Source: Octopus sinensis (taxonomy: Eukaryota). Taken from it: a stretch of 64,000 nt of DNA. The notes under the pieces were generated by a model. That model was not told where the DNA came from. It was given only the letters and a program-made list of their open reading frames with translations, and searched no databases. Below are positions 41,491 through 54,523 of the stretch, in pieces. A program made the position numbers and the translations under genes. Location of the stretch: contig NC_043009.1 in the NCBI RefSeq assembly GCF_006345805.1, positions 54,250,001 through 54,314,000 on the forward strand. The letters run 5' to 3'. Position 1 is the stretch's first letter. The number at the start of each line of letters is the position of its first letter.

Positions 41491-43091
41491 ACGCATTTTG
41501 TTTATGTGTGTTGGCATCTAGTTATGTTTGTATGCATGAGTAGAGGTTATCTCTCTTTCTCACATCACTCTCTCTCTCCCTCTCATCCTCTCCATCTATT
41601 TATCTCCCTCTCTCCCTCTCATCCCTCCATCTTTTTATCTCCCTCTCACTCTATCCATCTATCTAAATATCTGTATATGTATATTTGTTTGTGTGTGTAT
41701 ATCTGTGTGTCTGTGTGTGTGTGCGTGTGTGTGAGTGAGTGTGTTACTTTCAAGCGCCAGAGCGTACAGTCACAAATAAGTTGAACATCCAGTCAACCAT
41801 GCCCAATCGTCTCCATCCAAACAACTACGCACTGTCGTCCCATTGTTTTCACGACTATGGCTTAAAGCAAAACGCATGAATAGCACGTCATTTTTTTTTT
41901 CGACACTTCCTTCAAATCAGGAGATAGTAAAAATGTTAATAGACCAACCGGAAGGATATTATTGATCTAAACATTCTTGTCTCATTATGATTTTAATTAT
42001 TTTGCTTTATCTAAAAAAACGATTTGCTTTTATGTAAAGATCTATAATGAAATACGAATTGTTAACAATAAAAACGATTTAAAATCTTCAAAATATTTCT
42101 GTTTTCATATTCTTTCTAATTTTCACACAAGACCAGCAATATTGAGGCTAGACAGTAAGTCGGTAGCATTGACCTCCAGTACTAAAGTGGGACTTGTTTT
42201 ATCGAAATGAAAGGATAAAAGGCAAGTCTGACAAAGGCGGTAGTTGAACACAGAAAATATAGAGACGGAAGAAATTACGCTAAGCCCGACAGTTTAACGA
42301 TTCTGCCATCTTACCACTTTAGTTGTTTCTTAATATAACACAAAATACACACTCACGTACACACATATATACACACGCGCACGTACATACACGCACATAT
42401 ACACATGCATACATACATACATACATACATACATACATACATACATACATACAATCAAACGTAGATGTAGCAAAAGTAAACTTTGCAAAAATTTTTGAAA
42501 ATGTTGACCACAGATCAGCATTGCATAGAATTCATCATCTCGTGTTAACGTGAAAATAAGGCGAGTAGCTGTAACACTTCATAACAGGTAGGAGCCATCT
42601 TGTTGTAACCAACGAAGTCTAAGCCAATAGATTTAAACATAATTGTTCATTGAAAGAGATTTCTTCTCAGTCGCTAAAATTACTCCACAGACCACTAACA
42701 ATACTACTACCGGAACAGAGGTCATGCATTGATAAACTAGGTGAGCTATTAAAAGAAAACGCAAGATTTGAATTTATATTCAGTGGAACCAGAAAGGAAA
42801 CGATAAGCAAACCTCTGTACTTGAAATGTTCTGAAACGACTGGCACCAAACTTAAGCATTCAAACTACAAAAATCTCCATTAAGTGTTGCATTTCATACT
42901 TCTTGAAGTCTCGCTTTTTCACTTTCGTATAAGAAAAACGTACAACTTTCGTATCAGAAGAATGTACTACAAAAAGATATTACAACAGGTTGTTTCTAGC
43001 AGCCGTAGCATAGCTACACAATCTGTCGTAATACGAGGGATACATTTGGAGTTAATACCAACATCTTCATAAAGTATCAGAGTATACTGCC

Positions 43092-43172
43092 GTGTCTCCT
43101 GCCACCGCTATATTGTTGGCTCATCAAATATTTTCTAATGAACCAACAACACATAGCGGTGGTAAGAGATAC
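43092..43172. ncRNA. Candidate pri-miRNA-like hairpin (~32-bp imperfect stem, 13-nt loop)
   Basis: gtgtctc/gagatac, ccaccgctat/atagcggtgg, ttgttgg/ccaacaa and tcat/atga helices. Structure only. Confidence 0.3.
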
Positions 43173-44325
43173 AGGTGAAAGTGGCAGCGTCGAACAGCAA
43201 AAAAGTTAGCGCAATGATGAAATTGAGAAAATGGAGTGCACCGCGGGTAGTGACAAGATCAAAGGCACTACGTCTGTTTAAGAGTGAACAAATATTGAAT
43301 CCATAATTGTTAGTGTGATAAAATATATTTCCGAAGAGTCATAGGTGAAAGAAAATATATTTCGTCGGGCTAAAGCTTATGGTCTACATAATTAGTGTGC
43401 GTGTAAGCACATATTGTACATATATATACCTGTGTGTGTGCCTGTAGGTGTGTGAGTGCGTGTATGTGTATGTATACAGAGATACTAAAAAGAAGTGGGG
43501 GATGGTTAGATGTGTGCGTGGGTGCGTGAGAGAGACGGCGAAAGCAAGACAGAAACACGCACAGACAGAGACAATGTTAACCTATAAAATCAACACTAGT
43601 TCAATAGAATGTATTTTATATTTCTGGCGTAATGAGGTATTTTATATGGATGATTGCTGGAATACGCAATATAGATGGGAACGATACAACAACAACAACA
43701 ACAACAACAACCACTATTACTAACACTACTAATACAATTTCTTCTATTACAGGAACAATTGCGATTATTATAATCATAAATCAGGGAATATAAGAGATAA
43801 TAAAAAAAAATGTCGCAAATAATAGAATAGACAAAATGTCAATGCTGGAGTATAATATCTTTCAATAAAATTGTTCAGTGTAGTTTTGTACGGATTGCAT
43901 TGTTTAGCTGAGTGCTACAATATAGCATTGAATATATTTGGGATAGTATGTTATAGTACATTTTATTTCTGCCCTTTTACTCGTTTCATTTATAGGACTG
44001 TGACTATGCAGGGGCATCGCATTGATGGCTTTTACTACAACAAATCAATGCCAGTATTACGTTTTTTTTTTCTATCGGGTCTCTATTGACAAAGGGCTAG
44101 GTTACATTACGTAAACAAAACAGCACCACTCAGGCGGTGGAGCGGGGGACAGACACAAAGACCCACACGTACACACACGGGTGAGCGCCCGCCCACACGC
44201 ATATATACACACACACACACACACACAGATATGGGTATATGTGTATGTACGTGTACGTATATACGTGTGTCTACGTGCATGTTTGTGTCCTTGTTTTTAT
44301 GTTCAGTTATAATAAATGCATGTGG

Positions 44326-44580
44326 AAGCGCGTGGCTTAGTGGTTAGGGTGTCAGCATCATGATCGTAAGTTTGTGGTTTCGATCCCTGGACCGGGCGAC
44401 GCGTTGTGTTCTTGAGCAAAACACTTCATTTCACGTTGCTCCAGTCCACTCAGCTGGCAAAAATGAGTAATGTTGCGATAGAATGGCGTCCCGTCCAGCT
44501 GGGGAACACATACGCCATGGAAACCGGGAAACCGGGCCCATGAGCCTGGCTAGCTTTAAAAGGGCGCATTTATTATTATT
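44326..44580 (+). mobile_element. SINE family B variant (same head and core, different tail)
   Basis: TGGCTTAGTGG..GTTTCGATCC..ttcacgttgctccagtccactcagctgg. A similar copy lies at 60745-60970. Confidence 0.85.
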
Positions 44581-44897
44581 TTTTTATAATAAATGCAGTT
44601 TTACATTAATCTGAAGCATTACTGCATAATTTTGTAAAATACAAATTGATCATTCTCTAACAAGAATGAGTGACCTCGACGTTGCCTCGAGGTTTCGGCC
44701 CTCCGCAGATGACTTAGCTATCAGGAAATGCGAAGACACTGTGAACCGTCATCCCACACAACGAAGGGGCCTTCTCGCTCTAAAACACTTTCTCGATCGT
44801 CGTCCTTAACCTTTAAAAAAAATCAACCTCGACACTTTCTTTTCGTTTTCAGTTTTTTTTTTGTAATTTTTCTCTCAATTATTTTTCTTCTCCTCCC

Positions 44898-45010
44898 TTC
44901 TCGTTAACGAGCGTAGGTTCGAAACGCCAAAGACTTCTCCATTTTCCATAAGCGTCAAATTGACACACCTGCTTGTTGTTCCTTCGCTTCTCTCTGTTTT
45001 TCTTTGTACT
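44898..45010 (+). mobile_element. Penelope-type fragment with a degenerate hammerhead
   Basis: ttaacGA-GC-gtag-GTTC-GAAACG-ccaaagac. Confidence 0.4.
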
Positions 45011-46029
45011 TTTGAACCATATATATATATATAAACCAGCTTAGAGAAGAAGAAGAAACGAAACCAAACCAAACGAATCGAATCGAATCGACGCGAAGGC
45101 GCTCAGTCATACACTAGTGTAATAAATAAAATATATGCATACATACAAACATATTTGTACGTACCTACATCTACATGTATATATACATGCATATATAAAT
45201 ATATATACGTGTGTGCAGGACACCACAAATAGACGTAGAACTCAACGAGAAACGAAAACGTAAAAACAGCATGTAACGGACCATTCCTTTAACAACGAAA
45301 AAACAGAGTACAAGACAACTAGAGAGAGAGAGAGACAGAGAGCGAGAGAGAGAGAGACAGACAGACAGACAGATAGATATATAGATAAATAAAATAAACT
45401 TGTTCAGTGTAGTTTAGTACAGACTGCATTGTTTAGCTAGATAGACCAAACATACCACACACACACGCACACACACATTTCGATAAACTGGAACCATGTC
45501 TCTCGTAATCCCAGAGATGTTCCGATATATTCTGCGCATTATGAATACGAACATCGACGGTCGTAGGAAGGGAATTGGACGACGATTTGCCAATGAAGTT
45601 TGTAAGAAAGCCAACACATTGATTTAAACAAAAGAGTTATTGAAATTAGAGTAGGTATGGTTGATAGAGTTTTAACAGTCATATCAAACCTTCATTAGTA
45701 CAAAATTCCAGACTGGTTTCTTTACAGACAGATGGACATGAAAGATGGTAACTTCAGCCAAATTATGGTAAACAGTTTTGACGACACGTTGCTTTAGGAT
45801 TTGGATCGATGAGAATAAAACCAAAAAAACAATGATGAGAGCAATTCAAAGTCTGTGTTATGTCAGAGGTTTACATGCCCGAGGTCAGCACACTAGGAGG
45901 ACTGGCCACCGTGGTTGGACTGTCCATGAGGCCGAGAAGACGATTTGTAAACACCTAATCATTTATAAACATCTAATTATGAACTGCTAAACAGCTAATT
46001 ATAACATATATACACATAGTTACACGCTC

Positions 46030-46434
46030 GGTTCGATAATAATACGGTTGAGGAGTCTAATGCAGGTTTTGTGAGAGCATGTATATGTTAAATAAAATTA
46101 GACAACAAAGCCAAGGCTGTGTGGAATTTATAGGACATTTATAAAGAGAAGAGTAGGCTTATAGCTGTTTCTTGGATATTAGGGATAGCTCTTCATCAGA
46201 TACGATATGAGAGAGTTAACAAGAGCAAAATAGTGAACCCTACATATATTTTAATGTTTATTCTCTTATTTCCCTTTATACTTCCTATATCCATCCTTTT
46301 TCAGTTTAGCTCCTAATATTGAACTCTACTATTCCCCTCTAGTTAACTCTCTCATATCGTCTCTGATGAGGAGATATCTCTAATATCCCAGAAAAATGTG
46401 TAAGACTACTTTTCTCTTTATAAATGTCCTATAA
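46030..46434. mobile_element. Inverted pair of Penelope-type P2 elements, each with a hammerhead relic (46156-46203 minus; 46359-46406 plus)
   Basis: Arms ~46128-46234 and ~46328-46434 are reverse complements. Plus copy reads gtct-CTGATGA-ggagatat..atatccca-GAAAA..GT-A-agac. Confidence 0.75.
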
Positions 46435-46557
46435 TCTCGTGCGATAACTATAGCATCTGGCAACGGAGGTCTCCCTCAGACACAGACACCCACTGCCTGC
46501 CACTGTCTCTCACTGATTTCAAGCATCGGTTGCATGAATGAAAGTAGTGTTGAAAAA

Positions 46558-46779
46558 TATATTTCTTTACTACCCTCAAGGGGCTAAACATAGAGGGGAC
46601 AAACAAGGACAGACAAAGGGATTAAGTCGATTACATTGACCCCAGTGCGAAACTGGTACTTAATTTATCGACCCCGAAAGGATGAAAGGCAAAGTCGACC
46701 TCGGCAGAATTTGAACTCAGAACGTAACGACAGACGAAATACCGCTAAGCATTTCGCCCGGCACGCTAACGTTTCTGCC
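46558..46779 (-). mobile_element. SINE family D monomer
   Basis: Co-linear with the units at 56762-57360. Degenerate copies lie at ~42160-42320 and ~46925-47100. Confidence 0.9.
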
Positions 46780-47260
46780 ATCTACAACCAGATCGACTTA
46801 CGACCTATCAGTCGGAACGGAACTCGGTCGTAAACCGAGGAGAAGGTGTAATTATTAGTGCACAAATAGTGTGACAAACTATTTGAGTACAATATCGCTT
46901 TTAAATTTTGGTTAAAAAAGCCATCAATTTCAAGGGAAGAGTTCATCGATTACATCGACCCTAGTACTCAACTGGTATTTATTTTATCGACTCCGTGAGG
47001 ATGAAAGGCAAAGTCATTCTCTGCGGAATATGAAATAAGGACACAGAGATGGACGAAATGCGGCTAAGGATTTTGCCAAGTGTGGTAATGACTCTCGCTA
47101 CTTTGTATTTTAATAAAATAGTTAACTATACAATTTAATTGTAGTATATATACATTATATTTTAGTATATATTACATTGCAGCATTGTATATTTTTTCTT
47201 TATAGTATAGTATAGCAGTGGATTAGCTGCGATAAAAAAGTCTGCAGGACATTACACATA

Positions 47261-47337
47261 AATGGCGGTGCCCCAGCAAAATGGCGGTGCCCCAGCATGG
47301 CCACAGCTCATAAGCTGAAACTAGAATCAATCAATCA
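47261..47337 (+). mobile_element. Ultra-short retroposed tail with a 5' tandem duplication; second copy at 61699-61755
   Basis: aatggcggtgccccagca(x2)tggccacagctcataagctgaaactagaatcaatcaatca. Confidence 0.65.
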
Positions 47338-48228
47338 TTACAGGATAAAAGCGCGTTTACAGCTGTAAAAGAGAAAAATGATTAATGGTAGTGATGTAAA
47401 TGGTCATGATGGTGGTGGCGGCGGCGGCGGAGGTGGTGGTGGTGGTGGTGGTGGTGGTGGTGGTGGTGTGGTGGTAGTGCAGGTGGTGATAAGAGGATGA
47501 GGATGATAGTTGTCATAATGGTGGTAGCTGTGATGACATCGATGGCGGTGTTAATGAGAGAAATGTGATGAAAGTAATAGCGGTGACATGGGGTCGGAGA
47601 CATGCAACGCTGACGTAACGACGGAGTTGACGGTCATGGCAGTTATGAAGGAGGTGGAGGTGGTGGTGGTCGTCGTCGTCGTCGTCATCGTTGTCGTGAT
47701 GATAATGACGATGATGGCGATGATGGTCATGACGTTCATGTTAGCAGTGATGCTAATGCTGCCAGCTGAAACCACGTTTGAAAAGAATCCAGCTGTCGTT
47801 CAAGAGGGAGAAACTACACAATGGCACCCTCTTCAGGGATTTATAGACTTTCAATGGTGAAGGTTGAAGTGTAACCCACAAGGATATTCTAGATATCTGC
47901 AATATAACAATATAATTCCCTTCATGTTTCTATGGAATATAACCTCAAAACATTTCAAACAGTGACAATAGGTCATCTGGTCAAATACCTATGCATATAT
48001 ACATATATACATTCATACATACAAACAATAATACATACATACGTACACACACACACAAACACAAACACACACGCACACACACATACACACAGGTGAGCAC
48101 ATGAGTGCAGAACAAGGTGAAAGGAAATAGTACTAAAATGCCAAAGGTAGATTAATATACATTTTATTAAAGCTGCAATTATATCAAAGACAGTTTATAC
48201 TCGTACATATATATATGTACTTATAAAT

Positions 48229-48288
<60 letters not shown>

Positions 48289-48299
48289 TACATACGAAA

Positions 48300-48434
48300 G
48301 GTATTCGCATCTAGAAGATCTAAATTGTGTCGGGTAATGCTAAGTAAGTGCTATGGATAGGCTGTGGTTAAACTTTTTGTTCGATAATGATACGAGTGAG
48401 GAGTCTAATGTGGGGCTTGCATTAGCATGCATAA

Positions 48435-48502
<68 letters not shown>

Positions 48503-49735
48503 TAGACAGAATGTGAGGAGTTTTCAGGACATTTAAAATGAAATAGTCTTGCAGCTGTTTCTGGGATTTTATAGAAATCCCTTCATTAGAGACGGTATGA
48601 GAAATATTTGAGTTCGAATTATTGTGGAAAAGGAGGAGATGGGGAATATAGAGGGAATTACGAAAATGAGAGTAGAAATAAGATATATAAAGATATTGTA
48701 GTTGCAGTTCCATTATTCGATGAAAACGGTGTATAGAAGTTGTAAAAAAGTTTCCTGTACATAGTCTTTTCAAAGTTTGGAGCCGTGGAATAAATGTTGC
48801 TCATTCGAAAGGATTTTGTGGTATGAATGAAAATTTGAGAATGTATTGTTAATATTTGTAGATAGATGGAAGGAGGAGAGATGTGTTTGAATAGATAGTG
48901 GAGATAGGTCAACTTTATAACGGGAAGAAAAAATGAGAGGAAGAAGGAGATAAAAAAGAAAAAAAGGGAGAGAGAAAAGAGTGAAAAAGTGAAGAGTGAA
49001 AGAAGTAAGAAAGGGAGTGTTAGTTGGTGGTTAAGATAATGTAATGTGAGGATGGGAGAATTGTGGGGGAGGGATAGGAAGAGATGAGAAGGTAAAGAGT
49101 AAATGAATGTGAGATATGTGAGTAGGGGTGATATGACAGAGCTGCATTAAGGGATGGTTAGAGAAAAGGTAGAGAAAAGGTATGAGTGGGATGATACCGA
49201 AATGAGTAGCAGTTCTGATAGTAAAATTTGAGGTGGAGGGAAGAATAAAAGGATATCAAATTACTATAAATAGACGTGTGTGATAGGTAGGAATAGGAGA
49301 GAAGGAAAGGAGGCATAATGGCTCACGTACATATATATTTGCAAATGTGTATACATATACATACACACACATAAATATATACAGACATATACAAACGCCT
49401 ATACGTACACTCGCATTTACACACATTCATGCTCACGGGCATCCGTAGATGTATTTATACACTTATATGCGTGCGCATACACGTATATATACATGCATAC
49501 GCACATACGTGCGCGCCGTTGCACACGCATTTACAGTCACGAGCATGCGCGCATATAGGTACTTTCGTATGCATATATGCACATATACACACTCATTCAT
49601 ATATATTTGTATATATATGCACATACACATACATGAAGGGATCGCCATAATATCCCAGAAACAGCTGTAAGATTATTTCATTATAAATGTACTGAAAACT
49701 CCTCATAGCCTTGGATTTGTTATCTCATTCTGTCT
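48300..49735. mobile_element. Penelope-type P2 remnant: minus copy (48300-49320, hammerhead relic 48546-48593) plus an inverted plus-strand tail (49634-49735)
   Basis: Shared cagctg(c/t)aaga(c/t)tatttcatt..aaatgt(c/a)ctgaaaactcctca..cattctgtcta in opposite orientations. 48378-48412 matches 46036-46068. Confidence 0.65.
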
Positions 49736-49736
49736 A

Positions 49737-49779
<43 letters not shown>

Positions 49780-50350
49780 AATACGACAAGCTTCTTTCAG
49801 TTTCCGATCACCGAGTATATTTACAAAGCCTTGGTCGACGGGGGGCTAGAGTAGGAGACACATGATAAGCCGGCGCTCTATAGGATTCAACACAAGAGTG
49901 CGTAGTTAGGAAGCAAGCTTTTTCTCGTAATCCCACACCTACTCCATTATATATGTATATAGGAGTGACTGAGAAGATAGAAGCTTGCTTCCCAACCATA
50001 TGGTTCCATGTTCAGTACCACTGCGTGGCACCTTGGTCAGGTGTCTTCTGCTATAGCCTCGGACCGAAGAAAGCCTTGAGAGTGGATTTAGTAGTCAGAA
50101 ACTGAAAGAAGCCCATCGTACATGTGTGTGTGTGCGTGTGTGTGTATATGTAAGTCTGTGTTTGTGTATCTGTATTAGTTCTCCGACCATTGCTTGACAA
50201 CCGATATTGGTGTGTTTATATTCCCATAACTTAGTGTAACTCGACAATAAATAAGTACTAGGCTAAGAAACAATAAGTCTTCGCGTCGTTTCGTTCGACT
50301 AACAAGTGATGCTCTAGTATGAACGCAGTTAAATAACTGAAACAAGAATG
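49780..50350. mobile_element. Head-to-head pair of SINE family A copies
   Basis: Minus-strand head half at 49780-49950 and a full plus-strand copy at 49960-50350. Confidence 0.75.
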
Positions 50351-51329
50351 AAAGAATATATATTTATGTATGTATGTATGTATGTACATACATATACACA
50401 CATACATTCATACATATATTAATATATATTTATTATATATATATGTGTGTGTGTGTGTGTGTATACGTGCGTTATTCATAGGTGTGAAATAAAGTATTAA
50501 GCATTATACATATTCAATGATGAGAATGTGTTTCTCATTACTCGGAGTTTCATATGTGTCCATATGCGTGTGTAAATGTGTGTGTGTTTATAAGTGTGTC
50601 TATTTGTATGAATGTGTATATAAAATTTGCATATTATATTATACGCAATAACATATTCATGCAAAATTCTACATTATAACTAAGGAACTTTTCTGCTGAA
50701 AAAAAACAAAAAAATGAAATCGTATTGCAATTTGCGTCTAAAAATAATATTTCGCTTCATGTTTATTTATTATATATTTTATAAGTCGATATTTTAGTTC
50801 CGTTTCAAACAGCGGGAACAAGACGAGAAAATGAAAAAAAAAAACTATATAATTAAAATTCTTGCCTAAGTCCACAAAGAAAAAAGATACTCGAAACAAG
50901 AGGTTTCTCTGTACCCTTCACCCCTCCCTACCGCCTTACCGAATACAAGAATGTTTTAAGAATCCGGAGTTGATATTAACCATATGGAACATGTAAGGGT
51001 GGTTGTAAGTCATATCGAAAACATGGTGTTTATATTTCAACAAGTAACGAACATAATTTTAATCAACATTACTGCTGGTGAAGTTTGAAGATGCTGCTGT
51101 TACTACTACTACAACTACTACTACTGCTACTGCTGCTACGGTGGTGGTGGTGGTGGTGGTGGTGGTAGAGGAGAAGAGAAGAAGAAGACGAATGAGTTGA
51201 TGATGATCAGCTGCAAGCAGCAGCAGTAGCATCACGCTCCACAATGTGATGATGATGATGATCATTATCATGATGGTGACGACGACGAAAATAATGACGT
51301 TGATGATAACAATGAGGATGATGACTATG

Positions 51330-51468
51330 ATGATGATGATGATGATGATGAGGAGGAGGAGGAGGAGGAGGAGGAGGAGGAGTGATAAGGAGGAAAGAAA
51401 AGGAGGAGTGGGATGTCGTTCTTATTGTTGATGATTATGATGGTGAAAAGTGAAGATAGAAGAAGAAG

Positions 51469-51499
<31 letters not shown>

Positions 51500-51922
51500 G
51501 GAAGAAGAAGAAGTGGAAGAAGAAGAAGTGGAGAAGAAGAGAAGAAGAAGAAGAAGTGGAAGAAGAAGAATGAAAAAGAAGAAGAAGAGAAGAAGGAAGA
51601 GGAGGATGGGGAGGAGGAGAAGAAGAATAAGAAGAAAGAGGAAGAGAAGGAGGGGGAGGGGAGGAGAAGGAGAAGAACAAGAACAAGAAGTGCAAGAATG
51701 AGGAGGAGAAGAAGAAGAAGAAGAACAACAACAACAACAAGAACAAGGAGGAGAACAAGAACAAGAAAGAGGAGGAGAACAAGAAGAACAAGAAAAGGAG
51801 AAGAAGAAAAAGAAGAAGAAGAAGAAGAAGAAGGAAGAAGAAGAAGAAGAAGGAGAAGAAGAAGAAGAAGAGAAGAAGAAGAAGGAAGAGGAGGAGGAGG
51901 GGGAGTTGGAGAAGAAGAAGAA
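51330..51922. repeat. Polypurine (GAG)n/(GAA)n tract
   Basis: Direct inspection. Confidence 0.9.
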
Positions 51923-52379
51923 TTTCTGCATCGACTTCCTCCTACACGGGCACATGACTACAAATGTGGTTTGGGGGTGGGATGAGGATGAATGAGGATC
52001 ATCTCAGCTTCTGCACTTAAATGGCAATCCAAGTTAAAAAAACCCTTGACGGTTTATATGCAAAGTTAAGATCGGCGGGTCGTGAACTAAAAACCTGAAA
52101 GTCTCAGTAATCATTATTTATAAGACATTAACGATACTATCAATCGACCAATCCCTGATTCTTAAGTCGATTTATAACTTCACACGAATTTATGAGTGGA
52201 AGAGTCCAATCGAATTAACTGCTACTCATGATATCGACCCACGGTGTGACACAAAAAAAACAGTCCAGAGAAGTGCTGAAGCTAGAACATATCCATTGCG
52301 CGACAATTTGTTGGGCTCTCGCGAATTTGGTCAGTCGCTACAACAAATCGTCGTCGTGATCGTCGTCGTCGTCGTCGTC

Positions 52380-52427
<48 letters not shown>

Positions 52428-52573
52428 ATGGTGGTGGTGGAGGTGGTGGCGGTGAAGTTGTTGGTGGTGGCGGCATTAGTAGTGTTGTTGTTAGTAGTAG
52501 TAGTATTAGTAGTAGTAGTAGATGAAGTAATAGCAATGGTGGTGGTGGCATTAGTAATGTTGTTGTTGTTGTT

Positions 52574-52606
<33 letters not shown>

Positions 52607-52659
52607 ATAGTAGTAGCAGCAGTAGTAGTGGTGGTGGTGGTCGTCGTCGTCGTCGTCGT

Positions 52660-52726
<67 letters not shown>

Positions 52727-52890
52727 TGTAGTAGTAGTAGTAGTAATGGTGGTGGTGGAGGTGGTGGCGGTGAAGTTGTTGGTGGTGGCGGCATTAGTAG
52801 TGTTGTTGTTAGTAGTAGTAGTATTAGTAGTAGTAGTAGATGAAGTAATAGCAATGGTGGTGGTGGCATTAGTAATGTTGTTGTTGTTGT

Positions 52891-52925
<35 letters not shown>

Positions 52926-52972
52926 ATAGTAGTAGCAGCAGTAGTAGTGGTGGTGGTCGTCGTCGTCGTCGT

Positions 52973-53039
<67 letters not shown>

Positions 53040-53045
53040 TGGTGA
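52428..53045. repeat. Tandem duplication (period 318 bp) of a mixed trinucleotide-repeat cassette
   Basis: atggtggtggtggaggtggtggcggtgaagttgttggtggtggcggcattagtagtg starts at both 52428 and 52746. Confidence 0.9.
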
Positions 53046-53482
53046 TGGTGGTGGTTCTGTTGTTGGCGGTGGTGCTGCTGCTTCTATTGATGATGACGAT
53101 GATGATGAGGAGGAGGAGGAGGAAGAGGAGGATGAGGATTGCAGTGGTGGTGGGTAACTTACCTTTCTTAATAGATTGTTATCGGTTAAATTAGCAGGTG
53201 ATCAAGGCTCCCTGTTACACCTATATGAAAATCCGATTGTGTATACGCATTTGTTTCCGAGTGTTTTAATGTGTGTGCACATATGCTTTTGCTTCTGTGT
53301 GTGCGTATGTGTGTCTGTCTGTGTGTCTGTGTTTGTGTGTATTTGCTTGTACATACGTGTCTCATATAAAGTATGAGATATTGTGGAACCGTCATTTTGG
53401 CGCCGCTATTTGACAGTACTGATTCGACGCTGACTTATTTGACATGTCATGTTACAACGTTTCTCTCCCCTTAATATTTCTT

Positions 53483-53519
<37 letters not shown>

Positions 53520-54069
53520 CTCTCTCATTCTCTCCGCCAAGCTCTCTTCCCCTCGTTCTTTCTTTCTCTTTATATGTATATAAGAAAATGGGAATGTCAG
53601 TTGTGCTGAAGGCATTATCATTGCACTCACAGTTAAACATGGAAATGAGACATTTGGTTCAGTTATATTGGTGCTGCCTATTTGGCGTCGCTGATTCGAC
53701 GCTGACTTATATGACAGTAGACTTTCGATGTTTCTTGCGTCTAAGGTTTCTGCCACTCTCTTTATCTATCTCTACCTCTCCTTCGCTCTCTCTCTCATTC
53801 TCTTTCTCTTACTCGCGTTCTCTCTCCTCTCTCACGCCCTCTGTCTGCATGTATATATTTCTGTGCATTTATGTGTGTGTGTGTGTGTGCGTGCGTGGGC
53901 GTGTATGGTTTTCTTCCTGCGGCAAAGCATATTGTAGCTAAAACAGTTTGAAAAGGCCAGTCAGCCGTAGCAAATCTCCAGCTTATAACCAACTGCGCCA
54001 TTCGTTTCATTCTGGTATCTGTAAATGTCAGTATGCCTAAATGTGTGAATACGTGTGTGTGTGTATATA

Positions 54070-54309
54070 CTCTTTTACTTGTTTTGGTCATGTTACTGTG
54101 GCCATGCTGGAGCACCGCCTTTAGTCGAGCAAATCGACCCCAAGATTTATTATATCGGTCTCTTTTGCCGAATCGCTAAGTTACGGGGAGGTAAACACAA
54201 CAGCATCGGTTGACAAACGATTTGGGGGGTACAAACACAGGCACACAGACATACACACACACACACACGCACACACACACATGCACACATACACACGCAC
54301 GCACACACG

Positions 54310-54357
<48 letters not shown>

Positions 54358-54523
54358 TACGACGGGCTTCTTTCAGTTTCCGTCTACCAAATCCACTCAC
54401 AAAGCTTTGGTCGGCCCGAAGCTATAGTAGAAGACACTTGCCCAACGTGCCACGCAGTGGGACTGAACCTGCAACCATGTGGTTCGTAAGCAAGCTACTT
54501 ACCACACAGCCACTCCTACGCCT
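54070..54523 (-). mobile_element. SINE family A, full length
   Basis: Co-linear with 30595-31008. Further diverged copies lie at ~57780-58120, 59345-59500, 60325-60700, 61145-61250 and 62660-63010. Confidence 0.9.
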
